Source: Antedon mediterranea (taxonomy: Eukaryota > Animalia > Echinodermata). Taken from it: a stretch of DNA of 64,000 nucleotides. How positions within the stretch are numbered: the stretch's first letter is position 1; each line of letters begins with the position of its first letter. A model generated the notes under the pieces. That model was not told the DNA's origin and made no database searches. It saw nothing but the letters and a program-made list of their open reading frames with translations. A program made the translations under genes and the position numbers. Of this stretch, positions 25,501 to 38,800 are shown one piece after another. The stretch is from contig NC_092680.1 of NCBI RefSeq assembly GCF_964355755.1, positions 21,833,045 to 21,897,044 on the forward strand, in the 5' to 3' direction.

Positions 25501-28500
25501 TGGATAGCAAATTATTTCAAATGGATAGCACATTAGGTAGCACAATCAAATGGATATAATTGTACTGTACATTATTCTATAGCCTACGGATTATCGGGTA
25601 GCACATTCTTTCAAATGGATAGCACATTAGGTAGCACAGCCAAATGGATATAGTACTGTACATTATTCTATAAGGATTATCGGGTAGCACATTCTTTCAA
25701 ATGGATAGCACATTAGGTAGCACAATCAAATGGATATAGTACTGTACATTATTTTATACGGATTATCGGGTAGCACATTCTTTCAAATGGATAGCACATT
25801 CTTTCAAATGGATAGCACGTTGGGTAGCACAATCAAATGGATATAGTACTGTACTGTATATTATTCTATACGGATTATCGGGTAGCACATTCTTTCAAAT
25901 GGATAGCACATTCTTTCAAATGGATAGCACATTATTTCAAATGGATAGCACATTAGGTAGCACAATCAAATGGATGTAATTGTACTGTACATTATTCTAT
26001 ACGGATTATCGGGTAGCACATTCTTTCAAATAGCAAATTATTTCAAATGGATAGCACATTGGGTAGCACAATCAAATGGATATAGTACTGTACATTATTC
26101 TATAAGGATTATCGGGTAGCACATTATTTCAAATGGATAGCACATTATGTAGCACAATCAAATGGATATAATTGTACTGTACATTATTCTATAGCCTACG
26201 GATTATCGGGTAGCACATTCTTTCAAATGGATAGCACATTAGGTAGCACAGCCAAATGGATATAGTACTGTACATTATTTTATAAGGATTATCGGGTAGC
26301 ACATTCTTTCAAATGGATAGCACATTAGGTAGCACAATCAAATGGATATAGTACTGTACATTATTTTATACGGATTATCGTGTAGCACATTCTTTCAAAT
26401 GGATAGCACATTCTTTCAAATGGATAGCACATTAGGTAGCACAATCAAATGGATATAATTGTACTGTACATTATTCTATACGGATTATCGGGTAGCACAT
26501 TCTTTCAAATGGATAGCAAATTATTTCAAATGGATAGCATGGATTTGGGTAGCACAATCAAATTGAGCACATTGGGTAACACATTGCATCAAATGGGAGC
26601 CTACTGTACAGTTATTCTATTGAATTGAATTGAAATATATATTTATACTGGGTAACCTCTTCAGTCAAAGACAGGTCTCCCAGAGGGCCCAGTTCGTGAT
26701 CAGTGGCTGTGATGTACTAATACACCGGGGTAACCCTCCACTCGTCTCGAAAGATGTACTAGGTTCTTTAAGTACACACAAGCTAGATGTGTATTCTATT
26801 ATCGGGTGTAGCACATTAAAATTGAGATAAGATGGACATCATAATTTATTATTAAGGGGAAAAACAGCAAATCTTTACTGAGGGGACACTCCTATAAAGC
26901 GGACATTAAGGGGACGGGGAACATTTAAGCTCAGTGCCAATGTTCACTCAATATATTTTCCATCACAAAATAACAAAAAAGACGAAATATTTATATCCAT
27001 TTATCGTTATTAAATAAAAATGGATATTATGATAATTATGATACTTTGTTTGTCTTGAAAGTTTTCATTGGTGAAACGTTGCCTGCTACATTTTGAATTT
27101 CCGAGTCCAGATCAGTATTGGTATTGGTTTTCCGTGATCTATTCTAACTAATGAAACAATTTTTAGAAAATGATATATCTGATAGATATCATCTAAGTGA
27201 TGTTTTACATAAGTTATAACGTTTAACTTTTCATTCTCCATACATTCAATTCTTTTAATATAGTTCTTGTATAACACCATATCAAGTAGTAGTAGAAATT
27301 ATTGTAGGGTTTTCTTATTATTCAGTCAATTCAGTGTTTCTATACAGAAAAGAGGTAGTCAGTGGCCTTAACATCAATTAATTGTATAATTTGCACCCAA
27401 GGTCGAATAGCAAGAAACTCAGTTCCAGTTACATTGGTGTTCATTGGTCAATAGGAAATGAACAGCACACTTATGGGTGGTGACAAAGTTTAGTTATTGA
27501 TAAGTTGTCCTTGGGAAAAACACATTAGTTGGGTTGACCATGGGCTGACAGAGTTAACGACTTCGTAACGCTATCCGGGGCTCCTGCGCCTAATGAGAAC
27601 TTACCTGAGCACCAAGCCTGATCGCTCGTTGTAATTCCATTTTTTCTTTGTCTTCGTAATCAAATCCACTGAGACCAAACTGATGAACGTCAATTTTAGC
27701 TTTCTTCAAACTCATGATGGCAGTGTTTGAGTTCATTGCTACTGTGTCTTCATCCTGCGTACAGAATTAATTAAGTAAACTTAACTTGATCAAATAGTTC
27801 CAACACACATATGATATATGTTTATAAACAAGTTATAGCAATATTTATCCGGATTTCAATTGTGCTATTATGGTAAATTTTTAATTTCTAAAATTGAGAA
27901 TATCTGAGAGCTTGAGAATAACACATTTGATTGATAATTTTAATATCAGACGTCTTAATGTTTATTGAAATTTGTGTATTTTTTTTAAAATTCTACCTCC
28001 ATGATTCTACAAATTATTAACTTATTATCAAATTATAACTTATTGTTGACAATTGGATTACAGTTACTGTAATCATACCTGTGTACGTTTTCTTTTTGAT
28101 GGGTCATTAAAAACAATCACTTCTACTTCTTTTTGTGTTTTGACTTTCTTCTTTCTTTTCTTCTTCTTTTTAAAATCTTCCGATTCTTTGAACATCTTAA
28201 TTTCTTTATCAAAGTCAGTAAATTTGTGTTTTTCCTTTAATAAATCATTAGTTGTCATGGTAGTTGATCTTTTTTTCTTTCTCTTTTTTGACCCATTTCT
28301 TTTATCCATTTCAACTGCATTTTTCTTTCTTATCATTTTGTTTACCCTGCTGGAATTATCCTCAAGTAAACTATCTCCTAAGTAAGTATAAATAAAATCA
28401 ATCAAATTGAAAGGGAGGAACATCGCAGGAACATTTTGGTCAATCTGCCATTTCAGTCAGGTCAGAGGTTAACTATCTACCATATAACATTTTCTAAATA

Positions 28501-29035
28501 TTATTTAAATGCCCGCCATTCAATATCATGTTTTTAAAAAGTGGAAATAATCATCATTACAGTAACTATAATGCCATGATGGCTGGTAGGAGGAGGGTGC
28601 ATTATTTGTATTAGACTTCATTTATTCATTAATTAATTTAAATTAATTAAATTAAAATAAAGATAATATTTTGATTATATTGGTTGGTTCTTTAGTTCAT
28701 TCTTTTAAACTTACTGGACGATAAAGTCTATACAGTATTATATATCAAATTTTACCACAAAATAATAAAGACCTTTTGGGTCGAAACGTCCCGGATTCAA
28801 GTAATCTGCCTTTTTCTGATCCGCCGCCGGCCTGAGCTAGACTGTAGTAAGGCCTAGGCCTACACTAAAACAGTTGTTTATCCTAGGCTATATTATTAGA
28901 TAATATCTCTACAAAATTAACAACAGAAATCAAAACATAAAAACGGATTACGAATTTACCATAAGCATTTAAACGTTTAAGAATTAAGTTGGAAATATGT
29001 TCGTCAAATAGTGATGTGTCTTTTTCTGAAGTCAT
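22508..29035 (-). CDS. C1orf131: C1orf131 / DUF4602-like (FSAF1-like, SSU processome assembly factor), about 274 aa
   Basis: Exons 28960-29035, 28079-28377, 27605-27754, 22970-23056, 22803-22855, 22508-22667, phases consistent. Motifs VEVIVFNDP, LKKAKIDVHQFGLSGF, RAIRLGAQAPKKEYMNYKQL and GQVGKF match the family as I recall it. Confidence 0.88.
23153..23329. mobile_element. GTCTACACTATCAAACT-TIR MITE; its right end is interrupted by the large element at 23330
   Basis: CTGTCCACACTATCAAACT ... AGTTTGATAGTGTAGACAG, with internal CACTACCATATTT repeats. Confidence 0.8.
24320..26615. repeat. Compound satellite inside the TIR element
   Basis: 21 bp unit CAAATGGATAGCACATT(C/A)TTT alternating with AGGTAGCACAATCAAATGGATATAGTACTGTACATTATTCTATACGGATTATCGGGTAGCACA blocks. 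Confidence 0.95.
26618..26793 (-). mobile_element. 3' half of the same Deu/Nin-like SINE family
   Basis: Reverse complement reads ...TTAAAGAACCTAGTACATCTTTCGAGACGAGTGGAGGGTTACCCCGGTG...GAAGAGGTTACCCAGTATAAAT...(TTCAA)n. Confidence 0.78.
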
Positions 29036-29259
29036 TTTAACAACCAGACAGGGATTCCCATAGAACAACGTGTGTTGCGTGAACGTGCGATATATAAATG
29101 ACCGGCGTGAAGTTGGTTACTTATTCCTTATTCGATATTCAATTTTTTTTGTGAAGTTGGATCCTTATTCGACATTCACATTCACATGTATGGGGCGCAA
29201 TATGTGTAATATTTTAATTAAATGATTTTATACTTACGGCTTAGATTAACTAGGGCTAT

Positions 29260-32200
29260 GATTTATAGGGCTATAACTTCGTTATAAACAGCATGGACCG
29301 GGATGACGATACATGGGTTGGGGCTAGTAGGGTCCAGTCGTTTCAGAAAAATACCACTTGCCCCGGTCCATGCCGTCTAGCTGTCATTTTACGCCATTTT
29401 AAAACGTTACTACAATTTAACGTTTTTTTAAATAAAAATTGCAATATAACCGGATAAAATATAGGGCTATAATTACGTGATAAACGGCATGGACCGGGAT
29501 GACGATACATGGATTGGGGCGAGTAGGATCTAGTCATTTCAGAAAAATACCACTTGCCCCGGTCCATGCCGTCTAGCTGCCATTTTACGCCATTTTAAAA
29601 CGTTACCACAATTTAAGTTTTTTTTTTTATAAAAAATGCAATATAACCGTATGATTTATAGGGCTATAATTACGTTATAAACGGCATGGACCGGGATGAC
29701 GATACATGGGTGGGTTGGGGCGAGTAGGGTCCAGTCATTTCAGAAATATACCTCTTACCCCGATCCATGTCGTCTAGCTGTCATTTTACGCCATTTTAAA
29801 ACGTTACTACAATTTAACGTTTTTTTAAATAAAAAATGCAATATAACCGGATGAAATATAGGGCTATAATTAGGTTATAAACGGCATGGACCGGGATGAC
29901 GATACATGGGTTGGGGCGAGTAAGGTCCAGTCATTTAAGAAAAATACCTCTTACCCCGGTCCATGCCGTCTAGCTGTCATTTGACGCCATTTTAAAACGT
30001 TACTACAATTTAAGGTTTTCATAAAAAATGTAATGTAAACGTATGATTTATAGGGCTATAATTACGTTATAAACGGCATGGACCGGGATGACGATACATG
30101 GGTTGGGGCAAGTAGGGTCCAGTCAATTCATAAAAATACCACTTGCCCCGGTCCATGCCGTCTAGCTATCATTTTACGCCATTTTAAAAGGTTACTACAA
30201 TTTAACGTTTTTTTTAATAAAAAATGCAATATAACCGAATGATTTATAGGGCTATAATTACGTTATAAACGGCATGGACCGGGATGACGATACATGGGTT
30301 GGGGCTAGTAGGGTCCAGTCATTTCAGAAAAATACCACTTGCCCCGGTCCATGCCGTCTAGCTGTCATTTTAAGCCATTTTAAAACGTTACCGGTACTAC
30401 AATTTTTTTTTTTTAAATACAAAATGCAATATAACCGAATGATTTATAGGGCTATTATAATGACGTTATAAACGGCATGGACCGGGATGACGATACATGG
30501 GTTGGGGCGAGTAGGGTCCAGTCATTTCAGAAATATACCTCTTACCCCGATCCATGCCGTCTAGCTGTCATTTTACGCCATTTTAAAACGTTACTACAAT
30601 TTAAGGTTTTCATAAAAAATGCAATGTAAACGTATGATTTATAGGGCTATAATTACGTTATAAACGGCATGGACCGGGATGACGATACATGGGTTGGGGC
30701 AAGTAGGGTCCAGTCAATTCAGAAAAATACCACTTGCCCCGGTCCATGCCGTCTAGCTATCATTTTACGCCATTTTAAAACGTTACTACAATTTAACGGT
30801 TTTTTTAAAATAAAAAATGCAATATAACCGAATGATTATAGGGCTATAATTACGTTATAAACGGCATGGACCGGGATGACGATACATGGGTTAGGGCTAG
30901 TAGGGTCCAGTCGTTTCAGAAATATACCACTTGCCCCGGTCCATGCCGTCTAGCTGCCATTTCACGCCATTTTAAAACCTTACTACAATTTAACGTTTTT
31001 ATAAAAAATGCAATATAACCGGATGATATATAGGGCTATAATTACGTTATAAACGGCATAGACCGGGATGACGATACATGGGTGGGTTGGGGCGAGTAGG
31101 GTCCAGTCATTTCAGAAATATACCTCTTACCCCGATCCATGTCGTCTAGCTGTCATTTTACGCCATTTTAAAACGTTACTACAATTTAACGTTTTTTTAA
31201 ATAAAAAATGCAATATAACCGGATGAAATATAGGGCTATAATTAGGTTATAAACGGCATGGACCGGGATGACGATACATGGGTTGGGGCGAGTAAGGTCC
31301 AGTCATTTAAGAAAAATACCTCTTACCCCGGTCCATGCCGTCTAGCTGTCATTTGACGCCATTTTAAAACGTTACTACAATTTAAGGTTTTCATAAAAAA
31401 TGTAATGTAAACGTATGATTTATAGGGCTATAATTACGTTATAAACGGCATGGACCGGGATGACGATACATGGGTTGGGGCAAGTAGGGTCCAGTCAATT
31501 CATAAAAATACCACTTGCCCCGGTCCATGCCGTCTAGCTATCATTTTACGTCATTTTAAAAGGTTACTACAATTTAACGTTTTTTTTAATAAAAAAATGC
31601 AATATAACCGAATGATTTATAGGGCTATAATTACGTTATAAACGGCATGGACCGGGAATGACGATACATGGGTTGGGGCTAGTAGGGTCCAGTCATTTCA
31701 GAAAAATACCACTTGCCCCGGTCCATGCCGTCTAGCTGTCATTTTAAGCCATTTTAAAACGTTACCGGTACTACAATTTTTTTTTTAAAATACAAAATGC
31801 AATATAACCGAATGATTTATAGGGCTATTATAATGACGTTATAAACGGCATGGACCGGGATGACGATACATGGGTTGGGGCGAGTAGGGTCCAGTCATTT
31901 CAGAAATATACCTCTTACCCCGATCCATGCCGTCTAGCTGTCATTTTACGCCATTTTAAAACGTTACTACAATTTAAGATTTTCATAAAAAATGCAATGT
32001 AAACGTATGATGTATAGGGCTATAATTACGTTATAAACGGCATGGACCGGGATAACGATACATGGGTTGGGGCGAGTAGGGTCCAGTCATTTCAGAAAAA
32101 TACAACTTGCCCCGGTCCATGCCGTCTAGCTGTCATTTTACGCCATTTTAAAACGTTATTACAATTTAAGGTTTTCATAAAAAATGCAATGTAAACGTAT

Positions 32201-32870
32201 GATTTATAGGGCTATAATTACGTTATAAACGGTATGGACCGGGATGACGATACATGGGTTGGGCTAGTAGGGTCCAGTCGTTTCAGAAAAATACCACTTG
32301 ACCCGGTCCATGCCGTCTAGCGGCCATTTCACGCCATTTTAAAACGTTACTACAATTTAACTTTTTTTATAAAAAATGCAATATAACCGGATGATATATA
32401 GGGCTATAATTACGTTATAAACGTCATGGACCGGGATGACGATGCATGGGTTTGGACGAGTAGTGTCTAGTCATTTCGGAAAAATACCACTTGCCCCGGT
32501 CCATGCCGTCTAGCTGTCATTTTACGCAATTTTAAAACGTTACTACAATTTTACGTTTTTAAAAATAAAAAATGCAATATATATGCATGATATAATAGGG
32601 CTATAATTACGTTATAAACGGCATGGACCGGGATGACGATACATAGGTTGAGGCGAGTATGTTCGAGTGATTTTATAAAAATACCACTTGCCCCGGTCTA
32701 TGCCGTCTAGCTGCCATTTTACGCCATTTTAAAATGTTACTACAATTTAACTTTTTTTTAAATAAAAAATAAAATATAAACGCATGATTTATAGGGCTAT
32801 AATTACGTTATAAACGGCATGGACCGGGATGACGATACATTGATTGGGGCAAGTAGGGTCCAGTCATTTC
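29260..32870 (+). repeat. Satellite of about 196 bp, left arm (about 18 monomers)
   Basis: Monomer TAGGGCTATAATTACGTTATAAACGGCATGGACCGGGATGACGATACATGGGTTGGGGCGAGTAGGGTCCAGTC...CCCGGTCCATGCCGTCTAGCTG... Confidence 0.96.
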
Positions 32871-35800
32871 ACCCACGTATCGTCATCCCGGTCCATGCCG
32901 TTTATAACGTAATTATAGCCCTATAAATCATGCGTTTATATTGCATTTTTTTTTAAAGTTCAATTGTAGTAACGTTTTAAAATGGCGTAAAATGACAGCT
33001 AGACGACATGGACCAGGGCAAGTGGTATTTTTCTGAAATGACTGGACCCTACTCGCCCCAACCCATGTATCGTCATCCCGGTCCATGCCGTTTATAACGT
33101 AATTATAGCCCTATATATCTTCCGGTTATATTGCATTTTTTATAAAAAAAAAAATTAAATTGTAGTAACCTTTTAAAATGGCGTAAAATGGCAGCTAGAC
33201 GGCATGGACCGGGGCAAGTGGTATTTTTCTGAAATGACTGGACCCTACTCGCCCCAACCCATGTATCGTTATCCCGGTCCATGCCGTTTATAACGTAATT
33301 ATCGCCCTATATATCATCCGGTTATATTACATTTTTTATTTAAAAAAAACGTAAATTGTAGTAACGTTTTAAAATGGCGTAAAATGGCAGCTAGACGTCA
33401 TGGACCGGGACAAGTGGTATGTTTCTGTAATGACTGGACCCTACTCGCTCCAACCCATGTATCGTCATCCCGGTCCATGCCGTTTATAACGTAATTATAG
33501 CCCTATATATCATCCGGTTATATTGCATTTTTTATAAAAACGTTAAATTGTAGTAAGGTTTTAAAATGACGTGAAAAGGCAGCTAGACGGCATGGACCGG
33601 GTCAAGTGGTATTTTTCTAAAACTACTGGACCCTACTAGCCCCAACCCATGTATTGTCATCCCGGTCCATGCCGTTTATAACGTAATTATAGCCCTATAA
33701 ATCATTCGGTTATATTGCATTTTTTATTTTAAAAAATTAAATTGTAGTACCGGTAACGTTTTAAAATGGCGTAAAATGACAGCTAGACGGCATGGACCGG
33801 GGCAAGTGGTATTTTTCTGAAATGACTGGACCCTACTCGCTCCAACCCATGTATCGTCATCCCGGTCCATGCCGTTTATAACGTAATTATAGCCCTATAT
33901 ATCATCCGGTTATATTCTATTTTTCTTTAAAAAAAAACTTAAATTGTAGTAACGTTTTAAAATGGCGTAAAATGGCAGCTAGACGGCATGGACCGGGGCA
34001 AGTGGTATTTTTCTGAAACGACAGGACCCTACTAGCCCCAACTCATGTATCGTCATCCCGGTCCATGCCGTTTATAACGTAATTATAGCCCTATATATCT
34101 TCCGGTTATATTGCATTTTTTATAAAAAAAATTAAATTGTAGTACCGGTAACGTTTTAAAATGGCGTAAAATGACAGCTAGACGGCATGGACCGGGGCAA
34201 ATGGTATTTTTCTGAAATGACTGGACCCTACTCGCCCCAACCCATGTATCGTCATCCCGGTCCATGCCGTTTATAACGTAATTATAGCCCTATATATCAT
34301 CCTGTTATATTGCATTTTTTATTTTAAAAAACGTTAAATTGTAGTAACGTTTTAAAATGGCGTAAAATGACAGCTAGACGGCATGGACCGGGGCAAGTGG
34401 TATTTTTCTGAAATGACTGGACCCTACTCGCCCCAACCCATGTATCGTCATCCCGGTCCATGCCGTTTATAACGTAATTATAGCCCTATATATCATCCGG
34501 TTATATTACATTTTTTATAAAAAAAAAAAATTAAATTGTAGTAACGTTTAAAATGGCGTAAAATGACAGTTAGACGGCATAGACCGGGGCAAGTTGTATA
34601 TTTCTGAAACGACTGGACCCTACTAGCCCCAACCCATCTATCGTCATCCCGGTCCATGCCGTTTATAACGTATTTATAGCCCTATAAATCATTCAATTAT
34701 ATTGCATTTTTTATAAAAAAAAACGTTAAATTGTAGTAACGTTTCAAAATGGCGTAAAATGATAGCTAGACGGCATGGACCGGGGCAAGTGGTATTTTTC
34801 TGAATTGACTGGACCCTAGTTGCCCCAACCCATGTATCGTCTTCCCGGTCCATGCCGTTTATAATGTAATTATAGCCCTATATATCATCCGGTTTTATTA
34901 CATTTTTTATAAAAAAAATACAATAAATTGTAGTAACGTATAAAATTGCGTAAAATGACAGCTAGACGGCATGGACCGGGGCAAGTGGTATATTTCTGAA
35001 ACGACTGGACCCTACTAGCCCCAACCCATGTATCGTCATCCCGGTCCATGCCGTTTATAACGTAATTATAGCCCTATAAATCATTCGGTTATATTGCATT
35101 TTTTATAAAAAAAAACGTTAAATTGTAGTAACGTTTTAAAATGGCGTAAAATGATAGCTAGACGGCATGGACCGGGGCAAGTGGTATTTTTCTGAATTGA
35201 CTGGACCCTACTTGCCCCAACCCATGTATCGTCTTCCCGGTCCATGCCGTTTATAACGTAATTATAGCCCTATAAATCATACGTTTACATTGCATTTTTT
35301 ATGAAAACCTTAAATTTTAGTAACGTTTTAAAATGGCGTAAAATGACAGCTAGACGGCATGGACCGGGGTAAGAGGTATTTTTCTTAAATGACTGAACCC
35401 TACTAGCCCCAACCCATGTATCGTCATCCCGGTCCATGCCGTTTATAACGTAATTATAGCCCTATATATCATCCAGTTATATTGCAATTTTTATAAAAAC
35501 GTTAAATTGTAGTAAGGTTTTAAAATGGCGTGAAATGGCAGCTAGACGGCATGAACCGGGGCAAGTGGTATATTTCTGAAACGACTGGACCCTACTAGCC
35601 CCAACCCATGTATCGTCATCCCGGTCCATGCCGTTTATAACGTAATTATAGCCCTATAAATCATACGTTTACATTGCATTTTTTATGAAAACCTTAAATT
35701 GTAGTAACGTTTTAAAATGGCGTAAAATGACAGCTAGATGGCATGGACCGGGGTAAGAGGTATTTTTCTGAAATGACTGGACCCTACTCGCCCCAACCCA

Positions 35801-38800
35801 TGTATCGTCATCCCGGTCCATGCCGTTTATAACGTAATTATAGCCCTATAAATCATTCGGTTATATTGCATTTTTTATAAAAAAAAAACGTTAAATTGTA
35901 GTAACGTTTTAAAATGGCGTAAAATGATAGCTAGACGGCATGGACCGGGGCAAGTGGTATTTTTCTGAATTGACTGGACCCTACTTGCTCCAACCCATGT
36001 ATCGTCTTCCCGGTCCATGCCGTTTATAACGTAATTATAGCCCTATAAATCATACGTTTACATTGCATTTTTTATGAAAACCTTAAATTTTAGTAACGTT
36101 TTAAAATGGCGTAAAATGACAGCTAGACGGCATGGACCGGGGTAAGAGGTATTTTTCTTAAATGACTGGACCCTACTAGCCCCAACCCATGTATCGTCAT
36201 CCCGGTCCATGCCGTTTATAACGTAATTATAGCCCTATATATCATCCAGTTATATTGCAATTTTTATAAAAACGTTAAATTGTAGTAAGGTTTTAAAATG
36301 GCGTGAAATGGCAGCTAGACGGCATGAACCGGGGCAAGTGGTATATTTTTTAAACGACTGGACCCTACTAGCCCCAACCCATGTATCGTCATCCCGGTCC
36401 ATGCCGTTTATAACGTAATTATAGCCCTATAAATCATACGTTTACATTGCATTTTTTATGAAAACCTTAAATTGTAGTAACGTTTTAAAATGGCGTAAAA
36501 TGACAGCTAGATGGCATGGACCGGGGTAAGAGGTATTTTTCTGAAATGACTGGACCCTACTCGCCCCAACCCATGTATCGTCATCCCGGTCCATGCCGTT
36601 TATAACGTAATTATAGCCCTATAAATCATTGGTAATGTTGCATTTTTTATTTAAAAAAATTAAATTGTAGTACCGGTAACGTTTTAAAATGGCTTAAAAT
36701 GACAGCTAGACTGGACCCTACTCGCCCCAACCCATGTTTCGTCATCCCGGTCCATGCCGCTTATAACGTAATTATAGCCCTATATATCATCCTGTTATAT
36801 TGCATTTTTTATTTAAAAAAACGTTATATTGTAGTAACGTTTTAAAATGGCATAAAATGATAGCTAGACGGCATGGACCGGGGCAAGTGGTATTTTTCTG
36901 AATTGACTGGACCCTACTTGCCCCAACCCATGTATCGTCATCCCGGTCCATGCCGTTTGTAACGTAATTATAGCCCTATAAATCATACGTTTACATTGCA
37001 TTTTTTATGAAAACCTTAAATTGTGGTAACGTTTTAAAATGGCGTAAAACGCTAGCTAGACGGCATGGACCGGGGCAAGTGGTATTTTTCTGAAATGACT
37101 GGACCCAACTCGCCCCAAACTATGTATCGTAATCCCGATCCATGCCGTTTATAACGTAATTATAGCCCTATATATCATCCGGTAATATTACATTTTTTAT
37201 TTAAAAAAAACTTAAATTGTAGTAATGTTTTAAAATGGCGTAAAATGGCAGCTAGACGGCATGGACCGGGGCAATTGGTATTTTTCTGAAACGACTGGAC
37301 CCTACTAGCCCCAACCCATGTATCGTCATCGCGGTCCATGCCGTTTATAACGTAATTATAGCCCTATAAATCATACGGTTATATTGCATTTTTTATAAAA
37401 AAAAACTTAAATTGTAGTAACGTTTTAAAATGGCGTAAAATGACAGCTAGACGGCATGGACCGGGGTAAGAGGTATTTTTCTGAAATGACTGGACCCTCC
37501 TCGCCCCAACCCATGTATCGTCATCCCGGTCCATGTCGTTTATAACGTAATTATAGCCCTATATTTCATCCGGTTATATTGCAATTTTTATAAAAACGTT
37601 AATTTGTAGTAAGGTTTTAAAATGGCGTGAAATGGCAGCTAGACGGCATGGACCGGGTCAAGTGGTATTTTTCTGAAACTACTGGACCTTACTAGCCCCA
37701 ACCCATGTATCGTCATCCCGGTCCATGCCGTTTATAACGTAATTATAGCCCTATAAATCATTCGGTTATATTGCATTTTTTATTTAAAAAAATTAAATTG
37801 TAGTACCGGTAACGTTTTAAAATGGCGTAAAATTACAGCTAGACGGCATGGACCGGGGCAAGTGGTATTTTTCTGAAATGACTGGACCCTACTCGCCCCA
37901 ACCCATGTATCGTCATCCCGGTCTATGCCGTTTATAACGTAATTATAGCCCTATATATTATCCTGTTGTATTGCATTTTTTATTTAAAAAAACGTTAAAT
38001 TGTAGTAACGTTTTAAAATGGCGTAAAATGACAGCTAGACGGCATGGACCGGGGCAAGTGGTATTTTTCTGAAACGACTGGACTCTACTAGCCCCAACCC
38101 ATGTATCGTCATCCCGGTCCATGCCGTTCATAACGTAATTATAGCCCTATAAATCATTCGGTTATATTTCATTTTTTTATAAAAAAAAAACGTTAAATTG
38201 TGGTAACGTTTTAAAATGGCGTAAAATGCTAGCTAGACGGCATGGACCGGGGCAAGTGGTATTTTTCTGAAATGACTGGACCCTACTCGCCCCAACTCAT
38301 GTATCGTCATCCCGGTCCATGCCGTTTATAACGTAATTATAGCCCTATATATCATCCGGTAATATTACATTTTTCATTTAAAAAAAACTTAAATTGTAGT
38401 AACGTTTTAAAATGGCGTAAAATGGCAGCTAGACGGCATGGACCGGGGCAAGTGGTATTTTTCTGAAACGACTGGACCCTACTAGCCCCAACCCATGTAT
38501 CGTCATCCCGGTCCATGCCGTTTATAACGTAATTATAGCCCTATAAATCATACGGTTATATTGCATTTTTTATAAAAAAAAAACTTAAATTGTGGTAACG
38601 TTTTAAAATGGCGTAAAATGGCAGCTAGACGGCATGGACCGGGGCAAGTGGTATTTTTCTGAAATGACTAGATCCTACTCGCCCCAATCCATGTATCGTC
38701 ATCCCGGTCCATGCCGTTTATCACGTAATTATAGCCCTATATTTCATCCGGTTATATTGCAATTTTTATTTAAAAAAACGTTAAATTGTAGTAACGTTTT

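Larger units (their letters stand above)
23330..27595. mobile_element. 4.27 kb non-autonomous DNA transposon with 32 bp perfect TIRs (possibly CMC/EnSpm-like)
   Basis: CATTAGGCGCAGGAGCCCCGGATAGCGTTACG at 23330-23361 and its exact reverse complement at 27564-27595; AG on both flanks (possible 2 bp TSD); no long ORF. Confidence 0.85.

Noticed and set aside
28760-28795. Hammerhead-like GACCTTTTGGGTCGAAACGTC in the first C1orf131-like intron
   Set aside because: Stem II and GAAAC are present but the CUGANGA box is missing; at most a decayed remnant.
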